DNA of 64,000 nucleotides from Gemmatimonadales bacterium (GCA_039794085.1 JBDIWC010000018.1:8909-72908); one strand, 5' to 3'; numbered from the stretch's first letter, positions 30,563 through 40,750 are shown. Notes: generated by a model from the letters alone, not told the origin. Translations and numbers: made by a program.

Positions 30563-30840
30563 TAGGGGCGGCCCGTGGCCGGGTGATCACCGGTCGTGAC
30601 AGTGCAGGAATAGGGAGTAGGGAGTAGGGAAGGGGAGAGGGGGCGTGGAAGGGATCGGAACGTCACCCCGGCGAACGCCGGGGTCCATCGTGCGGGAGGT
30701 CGGGAATGACACTGGATTCATGGCCGGAATGACGGCCTCCCCGTCGTCTGTCCTCTGTCCTCTGTCCTCTGTCCTGGGTGTCGGAGCGGCAGGCGAGAGG
30801 GGCCCGATACCAATCACCCATTACCCATCACCCATTACCC
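30562..30840. repeat. Intergenic cluster: GTAG REP, (GGGAGTA)n, CGTC-type palindrome, (TGTCCTC)n, (CCCATYA)n
   Basis: Elements at 30562, 30611, 30661, 30748 and 30818. Confidence 0.8.
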
Positions 30841-30850
30841 GAAACCCATC

Positions 30851-32764
30851 ATGACATCCCTCGGACGCAATCAGCCTTGTCCCTGCGGGTCAGGGAAGAA
30901 GTTCAAGAACTGTCACGGGCGGGAGGGGAATGCGAACCGGGGAGGGCTCTCCCTCATGCATGGGGGCGCAGCGTTGGACCGTCCGGGAGCTGACCGGAGC
31001 AGCATTCCCTCCCCTGACCCCGATTCCCGGTGGGAGGTGGACCTCCTGCCCGCCCCCATCTCCATCGGAACCGCTCCCCACTCACGCGTCGCCTGTGTGT
31101 TGGTGATGGGTGACGGATTCATCCTCTTCAGTGATTTTCTCACCGACCCGCCCAGCGAGTCGGACGACGTGGCCCGGGTGTTGATTGAGGCGGTGGAAAA
31201 GGCATCGACACGAGTGGGACGGTGGCCACGTACGATCGCGGTCCGCCGTGAGGTGATCGCCCGGGAGTTGCGGCCACTCCTCGGGGAGCGACACACGAGC
31301 GTGACCACCACGCGGTTGCCGGAGGTGGACGAGGCGGGCCGTTCGCTGATGGCACACATGAACCCCGGATCTCCGGAACGCCCCTTGGGGCTCTCCATTC
31401 CCGACAGGTGGGGGTCCTGGGGTCTTCCGACGGCGTTGGTGGGGGAATTGTTTGCCGCCTCCGCCGCGTTCTTTCGGGATCGGCCGTGGGAGCGTCTGGT
31501 CAATGCCGATCTCATGATGGCGACGACCCCGGGGGGAACCTCCTGGACCATGATCGTGCTGGGAGGAGCCGGCATGGAGTACGGCGTGGCGCTGTACGCC
31601 GATCTGGCGGACCTGGAGAGCCAGCTGACCACCGAGAGCGCGGATCCCGGATGGGAGGATGTCGTCCTCTCCCTCACCTTCCTGCGCCGGAGCGATGTGT
31701 CCCCCGCCATGCGCAAGGAGGTCCTCGCCGCCGGATGGGAGGTGGCCGGGACCGATGCGTGGCCCTTCCTCATCACGGCCAACACCCCGGGCGGCGGAAT
31801 CACCCGCGCCCAGGCAACCGACCTTCGGGACATCCTCCGCGCCCTGCCGGAGTTCTCCCGGTTTCTGGCGTCCGCCCGTGCCGAAGGAGCCGTCCCTCCC
31901 ATTGTCTGGACCGACCCGGAGATGGGGGTCTCCCTGGTGCTGGAATCGGACGGGGAGGAACCGTCTCTCTGGCCTCCCCCGGTGGCACTCGAACCGGCGC
32001 TCCCGACCGGATTGGGAGCCAACCCCGCCTCGGCGCTGCTGGTGCCGGAGGAAGGGACGTTGTCTCGGGATACGGAGGAACTCGTTGACCGATTCCAGGA
32101 GTCGCTCAGCCTCCGGTTTTCGGCGGCGACGGCGTTCCGCCATGCGGACAACGCCGATCTCTTTCTCACCTATCTGTCGGATGCGGCGGGGATTCCGGTC
32201 GAGGCGGTGACCGAATGCGACCTCATCATCTTTCTCTTCGACTGGGTGCATCGCACAGTGGTCTATCCCCCGGGAGAGATGCGGGCGATTCCCGTGTCCC
32301 TCAAACGCTTCTTCCATTTTCTGGAGACGGAACAGGAACTGCTGCTTCCCTGGGCGTGGAAGATCCTGGAGGATCGCGAGGCATTCGATATCCGGGCGGA
32401 GAGTTGCCCGGGCGGCGGGTTCGCTTTCCTGAACCCCGACCTGCAGGAATGGGTTGCGGACCTCGGAGTCGATTTGGCGGCGCGCGTCTTCCTGCCGAAT
32501 CCCGCCATGGCGGATGGCGGGGTCTGGGGCGAGATGATGGAAGTGGAGGAAGCCACCCTGTTCCACGAGCTGAGACGCCGGTGGTTGATCTGGCGGGACG
32601 AGGTCATCGCCTCGGGTGTCACCAGTCCGGGGGAGGTGCGGGAGGAACTGGCCCGGCGCCAGGCAGCGTGGGAGCGGTCGCCCCATCCGCGGCACAAGGG
32701 CAGGACCCCCCTCCAGGTCGTGCACCGCGAGCGAAAGAGGTTGGGTGGTGAAGACAGATGGTAG
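30851..32764 (+). CDS. SEC-C metal-binding domain protein
   Basis: GRNQPCPCGSGKKFKNCHG at N-terminus; remainder uncharacterised. Confidence 0.8.
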   Translation: MTSLGRNQPCPCGSGKKFKNCHGREGNANRGGLSLMHGGAALDRPGADRSSIPSPDPDSRWEVDLLPAPISIGTAPHSRVACVLVMGDGFILFSDFLTDPPSESDDVARVLIEAVEKASTRVGRWPRTIAVRREVIARELRPLLGERHTSVTTTRLPEVDEAGRSLMAHMNPGSPERPLGLSIPDRWGSWGLPTALVGELFAASAAFFRDRPWERLVNADLMMATTPGGTSWTMIVLGGAGMEYGVALYADLADLESQLTTESADPGWEDVVLSLTFLRRSDVSPAMRKEVLAAGWEVAGTDAWPFLITANTPGGGITRAQATDLRDILRALPEFSRFLASARAEGAVPPIVWTDPEMGVSLVLESDGEEPSLWPPPVALEPALPTGLGANPASALLVPEEGTLSRDTEELVDRFQESLSLRFSAATAFRHADNADLFLTYLSDAAGIPVEAVTECDLIIFLFDWVHRTVVYPPGEMRAIPVSLKRFFHFLETEQELLLPWAWKILEDREAFDIRAESCPGGGFAFLNPDLQEWVADLGVDLAARVFLPNPAMADGGVWGEMMEVEEATLFHELRRRWLIWRDEVIASGVTSPGEVREELARRQAAWERSPHPRHKGRTPLQVVHRERKRLGGEDRW

Positions 32765-32799
32765 GGGATAGGACTCCCTGCCCCGCCCCCCCCCGCGGG

Positions 32800-32888
32800 T
32801 GTTGGGTATCGGGTGTTGGGTATTGGGAACTACGGTGTGGGGCCCAATACCCAGTCCCCAGTCCCCAACACCCAGTCTCCAGCACCCG
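32800..32888. repeat. Paired inverted heptamer arrays (TTGGGTR)n / (CCCARYM)n
   Basis: GTTGGGTATCGGGTGTTGGGTATTGGG ... CCCAATACCCAGTCCCCAGTCCCCAACACCCAG between convergent genes. Confidence 0.8.
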
Positions 32889-32893
32889 GGACC

Positions 32894-34633
32894 TCAGGGC
32901 ACGAACAGCAGTCGATGCCCGAGCATCAGCCCGCCGAGCACCAGGGCCACCACGAGGGCCAGGGTGCCCAGTTCCCGACCAAGACCGGTCAGCCCCCGGA
33001 CCACGCTGCGCCCGGGCCAGATCCCGGGTGCGTCCACGGTGCGGGCAAACTCCTCGGCGTGGGCTCGATTGGCTCCGGGTCCGAGAGCGATCGCGGCCAG
33101 GGTGACGAGGAGGCTTCCGGAAGCGATCCAGACGAGTTGCCGTTCGTAGGTCACGTCGAGCGCCGCCGTCACCGCGGCAAGGGTGAGGCCGGTCACCGCC
33201 CCCGTGAGTTCGGCAAAGGCGGTGACGCGCCACCAGAGCCACCGCAGGAGGGTCGGGGCGCCGAGGGCCGCGCCCAGAGCCGCCACCCAGGTCCACGCCT
33301 GTTCAATGGTCTCGATCTGCATCGCCACCAGCAGGGCAAGCACCGCGAATGCCACCACTGTCGCCCGGCCGAGGGTCACCTGGGTCCTCGGGGAGAGGCC
33401 GGGCCGGAGGCGCAGGAACACGTCGCTCACGGCGTAGGAGGCACCCCAGTTGAAGTGGGTGTCGATGGTGCTCATGAACGCGGCGAGGATAGAGACCACC
33501 AGGAGTCCGAGCACTCCTGGTGGGAGGAGTGCGATCATGAGGGCGGGCCAGGCCGCTTCCCGGTCGGCACGCACCGTGGCCGTGAGGTCCGGGGAGAGCT
33601 GGCTCACCGTGCCGTCCCCCAGGGGGATCAGGACCAGGGCGGCGACACCCACCACGAACCAGGGCCACACCCTCACCATATATTGCAGCGCGACGAAGAG
33701 CCAGGCGGCACGCACTGCGTCGGTCTCGCTGCGGGAGGCGCTGAGGCGTTGCTGGAGATACCCCCCGCCATCCGCCGGGATGTTGGCGAATCCCTGCACC
33801 AGGAGGTACGCCCCGAGCGTGAACGCGCCGAGCCCGAGCGCGCCGGCCCAGCCGCCGTCCAGGGTGGGAAAGAGGCGGAGGAAGTCGGTGGACTCCGGGC
33901 CGTAGAGAGTCCGCAGTTGGGTGTGGAGCGCGGTCCGTCCCCCCACCGCGCGCCAGGCGGCCACCGCGAGCCAGATGCCCCCCACCATCCCGAGCGCGAA
34001 CTGGACCAGGTCGGTGCGGACGACGCCCCGGATGCCGCCCAGGGAGGAGTAGAGGGTGACGATGAGAACCAGCGCCAGGATGGTCAGGAATTCGCCGGGT
34101 CCGCCGAGAGCGCTCCCTTCGGGCACGAAGCGGGCGGCTGCGTGGGTCAGCCCGGGTGCCCACTGCTCCCAGGGCACCAGCGCGTGCGCGATCTTTCCCA
34201 TGGCCCGGAGCACCCACCCCAGGATGATCACGTTGTACACCAGGCCGTAGAGCCCCGCGCGGAATGTCCGCAGCGTCCCCGCCGCGGCATCGTCGTAGCG
34301 GCGGCTGATGAACTCGGCGTCGGTCACCACGTCGCTCCGCCACCAGCGCCGGGCAAAGACCGCCACCACCCCGGCATGCACCAGGATCCAGCTCAGCCAG
34401 AGCCAGTTGCCCGAGATGCCACGGGAGGCAATGATCCCTGCCACCACCAGGGGGGTGTCGGCGGCGAAGGTGGTGGCGGCGATCGACACCCCGGCCCACC
34501 ACCAGGGGAGCGAGCGATCGGCGAGGAAGTAGCTCCGACGTCCGGTGGAACTCCCACCCCGCATCGCGACGCCCACGCCGAGGGCAAGGAAGAGATAGGC
34601 GCCGATGATCGCCCAGTCGACCGGATGCAGCAC
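32894..34633 (-). CDS. Sodium:solute symporter (SSS) family protein
   Basis: YFLADRSLPWW, ATTFAADTPL, QRLSASRSE, AAFMSTIDTHFNWGASY; many TM segments. Confidence 0.92.
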   Translation of the reverse strand: MLHPVDWAIIGAYLFLALGVGVAMRGGSSTGRRSYFLADRSLPWWWAGVSIAATTFAADTPLVVAGIIASRGISGNWLWLSWILVHAGVVAVFARRWWRSDVVTDAEFISRRYDDAAAGTLRTFRAGLYGLVYNVIILGWVLRAMGKIAHALVPWEQWAPGLTHAAARFVPEGSALGGPGEFLTILALVLIVTLYSSLGGIRGVVRTDLVQFALGMVGGIWLAVAAWRAVGGRTALHTQLRTLYGPESTDFLRLFPTLDGGWAGALGLGAFTLGAYLLVQGFANIPADGGGYLQQRLSASRSETDAVRAAWLFVALQYMVRVWPWFVVGVAALVLIPLGDGTVSQLSPDLTATVRADREAAWPALMIALLPPGVLGLLVVSILAAFMSTIDTHFNWGASYAVSDVFLRLRPGLSPRTQVTLGRATVVAFAVLALLVAMQIETIEQAWTWVAALGAALGAPTLLRWLWWRVTAFAELTGAVTGLTLAAVTAALDVTYERQLVWIASGSLLVTLAAIALGPGANRAHAEEFARTVDAPGIWPGRSVVRGLTGLGRELGTLALVVALVLGGLMLGHRLLFVP

Positions 34634-34636
34634 CGG

Positions 34637-36862
34637 TCAGGGTCCGAGGGGGTCGAGCGTCTCCAGAAAGTCGCGGCTCCAGTCGTCCACGTCGTACCCC
34701 GACACGATCTTGGCCAGCCGCCGCATCCGCTGCCGCCTCTCGGGTTCCGGCAACCCCAGGGCGTCATGTAGATCCTTGCCCATCCCGTTGATGTCATACG
34801 GATTGGTCAGCAGGGCCCCGTGCAACTCCACCGCCGCACCCGCGAACTCGCTCAGGAGCAGGACGCCGGCCCCGTCCACCGTGGTCTGAGCCGTGATGAA
34901 CTCCTTGGCCACCAGGTTGAGCCCGTCGCGCAGCGGTGTGATCCAGGCCACGTCCGCGGCCGCGCCGTACACGATCACGTCCTCGAAGGGCAACGCCCGG
35001 AAGAGATAGTGGATGGGTGTCCAGGTCAGCGACCCGAACCGGCCGTTGATGCGGCCCACCGCTTCGTCCACCGCGGTGCGCACCTCCTCGTACACTTCCA
35101 TGCCCGGGGCGGGTGGGGTCGTCACGAACACCAGCGACACCCGGTCCCGGTGTTCGGGGTGCCGTTCGAGCAGACGCTCGAAGGCTTCGAGTTTCTGGAG
35201 CGGACCCTTCACGTAGTCGAGTCGCTCAACTGACAGGATCAGGCGCATGTCGCGGAACTGGGCGGTGATGTCGGCCAGGGCCTTCTGGTGGTCATCGCCC
35301 GCCAGGATCTCCCGGATGGCCGGCACGTTCACCCCGGCGGGATGGGCACCGAGCGTCACCACCCGGTCGCCCGCCCGCACTCGCACCGGCATCTGCGGAA
35401 CCGCGAGGGCGGTGCCCCGGATCCGGAACCGCGGGGCACACGGCATCGTCTCCAGCACGTCGACCGGGAGGTGGGATTGGAGTACGTCGAGAAAGTTCAC
35501 GGCGTATCGAGGCACATGGAAGCCGATATGGTCACATTGCGCCAGCGATCCAATGATCTGGTCTGCCCAGGGGATGACGTTGAACACCCCCGCCGGGGGG
35601 AAGGAAGTGTGGTGGAAGAAGCCGATCCGGAGATCCGGGCGGATCTGCCGCAGGAAGGCCGGCACCATCCAGAGGTTGTAGTCGTGGATCCAGACCAGGG
35701 CCCCCTCGTCCGCCTCCCCCGCGGCGGCCTCGGCGAAGCGGCGATTCACCTGGCAGAAGTGCTCCCAGTCGTCCGCGTTGAGCTGCGCGCGGTCCACGAA
35801 GGAGAAGATGACGGGCCAGAACGCCTCCTTGGAGAAGCGCTTGTAGAACCGATCCACATCCTCCGGAGTGAGGGGGACCCGGGCAGCCACCAGATTGGGA
35901 TACTGGCCTTCATCCACCAAGGCGTGGGTCACCTCGCGGGAATCCCCACGGGCATGTGTTGTCCACGCCACCCAGGAGCCGGGACGACCCGACTGAAAGC
36001 AGCCGAGGAGGGTGGGAATGATTCCGTTGGGTGACTGAGGCCGCTGACGCCGCACCTCTCCGTCGACAACCCGTTCCTCGAAGGGAAGCCGGTGATAGAC
36101 CACCACGAGCTGAGCGTCGCCCGCGGGGGTGAAGTCGTCACCGGGGGGCACCTCCCGTTCCGGATTGAGATCCAGCAGGGCTTCGAGAACGGCCCCGGCG
36201 CCCGGTGTGCCATGCTGCCGCACCCGGGTCATGGTGGAAGTGGCCTCGAAGAGTGCGGGCTCGGCATGGCCTACCACGACACCATGGAATCCTCTCCGGT
36301 ACAGGGAGAGATCGTTGAGCGTGTCGCCCGCCACGAGCACCCGGTCCATCGGAATGCCGAGATGGTGCACGAGACGCTCCACCGTCTCCCCCTTGCTCAC
36401 CCCCTCGGGCAGGACGTCGAGATACCGGCCCGCCGAGTGGAGGATGTCCACCGGAAGACCCTCGAGACGCTCCCGCACCGCGGCGATCACCTCCTCCGAC
36501 TCCACGAAGAAGGAGACCCGGCGCTCCTGTGGCACCGCCTGACGGGTCAGGCCGGGAAGAGCCCCGATCGCATCCAGCACGGCGTCCACCCCGACCCACC
36601 GCTGGTCGATCTCCAGTTGGAGCGGCATGACAGGACGGAGACCCTCGGTGGCCACGATCGTGGCTCCGACATCGGCAATGATGTACTCCGGGTCGGGGAT
36701 CAGCGGGTCGGCGAGGAGCGGCAGGACGCTCTCGATTCCTCGCCCGGTGACGAAGACGAGACGCGGAGCGTCGGGGGAGCGGAGGAACCGGTAGAGGGCG
36801 AGGCGATCGGCTTGGCGACCCCCGAGAAAGGTGCCGTCGAGGTCGGTGGCCAGCAGCTGAAT
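34637..36862 (-). CDS. ggpS: Bifunctional glucosylglycerol-phosphate phosphatase/synthase (HAD + GT20), non-canonical start
   Basis: LLATDLDGTFL and AGDTLND HAD motifs, YHRLPFEE, SPNGIIPTL, FSKEAFWP, IHDYNLW, ERLDYVKG, LRDGLNLVAKE; the frame stays open to 36883 but contains no ATG/GTG/TTG before the HAD motif. Confidence 0.88.
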   Translation of the reverse strand: MQLLATDLDGTFLGGRQADRLALYRFLRSPDAPRLVFVTGRGIESVLPLLADPLIPDPEYIIADVGATIVATEGLRPVMPLQLEIDQRWVGVDAVLDAIGALPGLTRQAVPQERRVSFFVESEEVIAAVRERLEGLPVDILHSAGRYLDVLPEGVSKGETVERLVHHLGIPMDRVLVAGDTLNDLSLYRRGFHGVVVGHAEPALFEATSTMTRVRQHGTPGAGAVLEALLDLNPEREVPPGDDFTPAGDAQLVVVYHRLPFEERVVDGEVRRQRPQSPNGIIPTLLGCFQSGRPGSWVAWTTHARGDSREVTHALVDEGQYPNLVAARVPLTPEDVDRFYKRFSKEAFWPVIFSFVDRAQLNADDWEHFCQVNRRFAEAAAGEADEGALVWIHDYNLWMVPAFLRQIRPDLRIGFFHHTSFPPAGVFNVIPWADQIIGSLAQCDHIGFHVPRYAVNFLDVLQSHLPVDVLETMPCAPRFRIRGTALAVPQMPVRVRAGDRVVTLGAHPAGVNVPAIREILAGDDHQKALADITAQFRDMRLILSVERLDYVKGPLQKLEAFERLLERHPEHRDRVSLVFVTTPPAPGMEVYEEVRTAVDEAVGRINGRFGSLTWTPIHYLFRALPFEDVIVYGAAADVAWITPLRDGLNLVAKEFITAQTTVDGAGVLLLSEFAGAAVELHGALLTNPYDINGMGKDLHDALGLPEPERRQRMRRLAKIVSGYDVDDWSRDFLETLDPLGP

Positions 36863-37019
36863 GGTGACTACTCCGTCGAGGGATCAGAGGCAGGGCGAAC
36901 CTTGGGAACCTACTCCGATCGACTCTTGAAGCAACCCAAGCGCCTTGGAGCCACCATCGGCATACGGGAGTTATCCGGGGAATCGGTAGGTGGGAAAGAA
37001 TTGAATTGAACAGAGATTG

Positions 37020-37147
37020 AACCACGAAAAGCACGAAAAAGCACGAAATAGCATGCAGGACTGTCGCGAAGCCTCAGGGAGCAAGGGGGGTTCGTGTTTG
37101 AACTGCGGGTGTGCTCCCTTTCGTGTCATTTCGTGTATTTCGTGGTT
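37020..37147. repeat. Paired inverted 9-mer triad (CACGAAAAG)x3 / (TTTCGTG..)x3
   Basis: AACCACGAAAAGCACGAAAAAGCACGAAA ... TTTCGTGTCATTTCGTGTATTTCGTGGTT. Confidence 0.85.
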
Positions 37148-37164
37148 GAAGTCTGGGAGGGGGC

Positions 37165-37710
37165 TCACCCGTGACTTACCAGTAGTAGCCAGAACTGATC
37201 CCAGGCCTCCTGGACCCGATTCTCACTGACCCCGCCGATGCGCTGCATCTGCAGGCCACTGATCGCCGCCTCCAGCAACACCGGCGGGATGGCCCGGTGG
37301 GGGAGGTCCAGGGCGTGGGCCGCGGCATGGGCCAGAGCCACCCGGTCGCCCGGTGATGAGGCCGCCGCGTCCCGGATCTCCCGATCGGTGCTGGTCGTCA
37401 GGGCAAAAAGTGCCGGTGCCTCGGAGCGCTGGACTTCTCCCTCGATCACTTCGCGGAGCGTATCGAGCGCAGCGGTCCCCTTCAGGCTCAGCGCCTCCAG
37501 CCTCCGCCGGTTCACCTCGGTCCGGAGCCGAGAGGCCACCTCTCCCAGGAGGTTCCGCCTGGTATGGAAGTAGTAGATGACGAGTCCCTTGGCGACACCA
37601 GCTCGGGCAGCGACCTGCGAAATTGACCAATCGGTCAAATTGGATTCCAGGATCAGTGAAATCGCCGAGTCGAGAATGGCAATTCTCCTTTCCATTGGTA
37701 CGACTTCCAT
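37165..37710 (-). CDS. TetR/AcrR family transcriptional regulator
   Basis: ILDSA...SISQVAARAGVAKGLVIYYF HTH. Confidence 0.85.
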   Translation of the reverse strand: MEVVPMERRIAILDSAISLILESNLTDWSISQVAARAGVAKGLVIYYFHTRRNLLGEVASRLRTEVNRRRLEALSLKGTAALDTLREVIEGEVQRSEAPALFALTTSTDREIRDAAASSPGDRVALAHAAAHALDLPHRAIPPVLLEAAISGLQMQRIGGVSENRVQEAWDQFWLLLVSHG

Positions 37711-37841
37711 CCGATTCTCTCTTTCAGGGGTGCTTTTCAGCCTGACCGTACGGTCAGACAAAGATCGCCAGAAGACCCATCGATCGGCAAGCTGATTGGA
37801 TGATTGGATGATTCGACACTGCCCCGATGTCGGGCGTTGGG

Positions 37842-37921
37842 CCCCAATACCCAATACCCAACACCCAATACCCAATACCCAACAATACCCAACACCCAAA
37901 ACCCAACTAAACCCAATACCC
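37842..37921. repeat. (CCCAAYA)n heptamer array
   Basis: About 10 degenerate copies. Confidence 0.85.
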
Positions 37922-38060
37922 GACCCGAGAGCGTCGTCGCAGGTGCCGAGCACGGGGTCTTGACAGAGGAACGTCACCATGTGAAACCTTAGGACGACCT
38001 GTGTCGTACCCTTGTGGGTGCAGCACCGACCCGAGACCCTTCTTCTCCGGAAGAGACCCA

Positions 38061-38492
38061 ATGGCGTCCGTATTCTCTCCGCTGGCCAAGAGTATTCTCG
38101 ATGCGTTCAACGAGGGCGTGATCGTCTTCGATGCGCAGGGACAGGTCATCTATGTCAATGAGCCGGCCCGGGCCTCTCTCGGCGACACTCTGGACCTCAC
38201 CCTCTCGGCCGATGAGCTCCAACCCCAGCTTGCGGAACTCGGGGGCCGGCTGCGACCCCTCCGGGTGGCCCAGCTCGAGCTCGGCGAAGCGATGTTCCTT
38301 CCCCCGGCACAAGGGACCACCACCCTCGCCGCGCGCGAACGGGACGCCATCGTGAAAACCCTCGATGCACACGAATGGCGCCTGGCTGAAACCGCCACGG
38401 CGCTCGGCATCAGCCGCACCACACTCTGGCGTCGGCTCAAGGCGTACGGCCTGCATCGGGACGGGCGCAGCAAGTGGGCCAACGCCTCCTGA
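38061..38492 (+). CDS. Small PAS-like plus Fis-type HTH protein
   Basis: ILDAFNEGVIVFDAQGQVIYVNEPA, then ERDAIVKTL...TATALGISRTTLWRRLKAYGL. Confidence 0.85.
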   Translation: MASVFSPLAKSILDAFNEGVIVFDAQGQVIYVNEPARASLGDTLDLTLSADELQPQLAELGGRLRPLRVAQLELGEAMFLPPAQGTTTLAARERDAIVKTLDAHEWRLAETATALGISRTTLWRRLKAYGLHRDGRSKWANAS

Positions 38493-40750
38493 AGGTTCCC
38501 GCCTCCACAATCCGCTGTTCCCGCACGTCTCTCCTCACCAGTGTCAGAGCGGGGATACTTTCTGTCCTGACGGTGACCTCCCCGGTGCTCCAAGCCCAGG
38601 ATGCTCCCGACCGGCCGCCCCTCGACACCGTGATCTACGCGACCGAGGAGACCCGGGCCCTCGTGGCCCGGGCGATGTCCCGTCACGCCGCTGCCGATTC
38701 CCTGGTCGCCGATTATCAGGCCCGACTGCGGTATCGGGCCTCCTTCGCCTTTGGACGCAGGCGCTGGGCCGACCCCGCCAGTGCGGCAGTGGAGGAACAG
38801 ATCGGCACCGTTTCCTGGTCCCGCCCCAACGATCTGCGGGTGGACATTGCGGGGCGGCGGGAGGAGTCGAAACTGCCGGGGATCAGCCTCAACTCGACCT
38901 TCGACGAACCGTGGTTTGTTCCCCGCCAACTGGGGGACTCGGTGCGGCTCCTCTCCAGCGAGGTGCCCGAGCGGGCCGCACTCCACCCTCTTGCCTCGGA
39001 CGGTCCGCAGTTCTACCACTACGAGGCGGTGGCGGATCAGGTCACCCTCACCCGGGCCGACGGACGGGCGGTGACGATCCAATCCGTCCGCGTCACCCCT
39101 CGTCGCGATGCCGCGTCGGTGGTGGTGGGCCGGCTCTGGGTCGACCGGGAGACGGGCGAGGTGGTCCGCTTCACCTTCCGGTTTGTCGGAACCAGTCCGT
39201 GGGACGCCCCCCGCCGGGCCACCGCGCGGGATTCCGCCCGGGCTCGGCGCAACAGCCAGCGGATCGGGCGGATTCTGACCCTCGACGTGGACCTGGAGTA
39301 TGCCCTGCAGGACGGAGGGTACTGGATGCCGTACCGGCAGATCCTCGCGGGGACGGTTCAGGTGCCGGTGGTGGCGGACATCGTGGTGCCCTTCGAGGTG
39401 ATCAGCACCTTCGACGAGTATCGGATCAACCAGGGCCGGGCGGTCACCTTTCTTCTCCCGGTGACGGAACGGGACACCAGCCGGGCGGGACGTGCCGCCC
39501 TCCGGGATTCGCTCCGCCGGATCCGCCGAGGCCAGCTCGAGCCGCCCGACAGCATCCGGTGGTGGAGCCGGGCGGGACGGTTGGCCGGGGGAGGGCGCTA
39601 CGAAATCCACCGGGCCCCGGACGATTCCCTGCGCCAGTTCAACGCCTGGGAGGACCAGCTCGACTTTGCTCCCCGGGTGGCCGACGACGCGCGGCTCCGG
39701 GAGCTGCGGGCCGAGCTGGCGGTGCGGGCGGATGAGCTTCCGGGGAGCCTCACCGGACGGCGCTCCCACGGCTTTGGCTATGAGCGGCTCGGCGGCGCCG
39801 TCCGCTTCAACCGGGTGCAAGGGTCTGCGATCGGGCTGGGGTACCGGGTTCGGGTGCCGGGGGTGCCCTTCACCACCGCCTACGGCATGGTGCGCTACGG
39901 GACCAGCGATGAGCGGGTCGTGGGCCGGCTCACCGCCGTGCGGGATGCCCCCGATGGACTCCTCCGCGTGGCCCTCTACCGGGACCTCATCGATCTCGAT
40001 CCGTTCTCCCGCGGTCTCACCCTGGCCAACTCGGTCCGGGCCCTCATCTCGGGCCGCGACGAGGCCGACTACGCCCTCGCCACCGGCGGGTCGATCGGAT
40101 ATACCCGCACCATCGGACGGGGGCTGGAACTCACCACGACGGCTCGGCTCGAGCGCCAGCGGAGCGTGGCCGGCGGGGCGGTATCCCGGCTCAACGACCT
40201 GTTCGGAGGGAGCGGGCGCTTCCGCGAGAATCCTCCGATCCGGAACGGAACCTTCGTCGGGGGACTCGTCTCGCTCGATCAGAGCACCTTTTCCAGCGGG
40301 TGGCAGCTCAACGCCGATGTACTGGCGGGGGACGGCACTGCCACGGCTCGGGTCTTCGGGACCAGCCGGTTTGCGTTCGGTGTGGACGACGGGGTCACGG
40401 TGCGGGCCCATGGAGGCGTGGCCACCCGGCCTCTCCTCCCCCAGATGGAGTTTCGGGCCGGAGGGATCGGGAGCGTGCGGGGATTCAACCACGGGACCCA
40501 GAGGGGCCAGGCCTTCTGGGCGCTCCAGGCCGACTGGGCCCTCATCCCGGCCGCCGTCCGTCCCGTGCTCTTTCTCGATGCCGGCCAGGCGGGCACTCTC
40601 CGGGATCTGGATCAACAGAAGGTGCTGGTCGGCGGAGGGGCCGGTCTCTCCATCCTGCGAGGTCTGCTCCGGTTCGATCTGAGCCATCCGATCACCCCCG
40701 ACCGGGGCGAGGGTCTCCGCCTCGATGTCCTGATCGGGGTCCTTCGCTGA
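38474..40750 (+). CDS. Hypothetical outer-membrane protein with BamA/Omp85-like C-terminal beta-barrel; start uncertain
   Basis: RFNRVQG, GGIGSVRGF, LFLDAGQ, LRFDLSHP amphipathic strands. Confidence 0.7.
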   Translation: MGQRLLKVPASTIRCSRTSLLTSVRAGILSVLTVTSPVLQAQDAPDRPPLDTVIYATEETRALVARAMSRHAAADSLVADYQARLRYRASFAFGRRRWADPASAAVEEQIGTVSWSRPNDLRVDIAGRREESKLPGISLNSTFDEPWFVPRQLGDSVRLLSSEVPERAALHPLASDGPQFYHYEAVADQVTLTRADGRAVTIQSVRVTPRRDAASVVVGRLWVDRETGEVVRFTFRFVGTSPWDAPRRATARDSARARRNSQRIGRILTLDVDLEYALQDGGYWMPYRQILAGTVQVPVVADIVVPFEVISTFDEYRINQGRAVTFLLPVTERDTSRAGRAALRDSLRRIRRGQLEPPDSIRWWSRAGRLAGGGRYEIHRAPDDSLRQFNAWEDQLDFAPRVADDARLRELRAELAVRADELPGSLTGRRSHGFGYERLGGAVRFNRVQGSAIGLGYRVRVPGVPFTTAYGMVRYGTSDERVVGRLTAVRDAPDGLLRVALYRDLIDLDPFSRGLTLANSVRALISGRDEADYALATGGSIGYTRTIGRGLELTTTARLERQRSVAGGAVSRLNDLFGGSGRFRENPPIRNGTFVGGLVSLDQSTFSSGWQLNADVLAGDGTATARVFGTSRFAFGVDDGVTVRAHGGVATRPLLPQMEFRAGGIGSVRGFNHGTQRGQAFWALQADWALIPAAVRPVLFLDAGQAGTLRDLDQQKVLVGGGAGLSILRGLLRFDLSHPITPDRGEGLRLDVLIGVLR

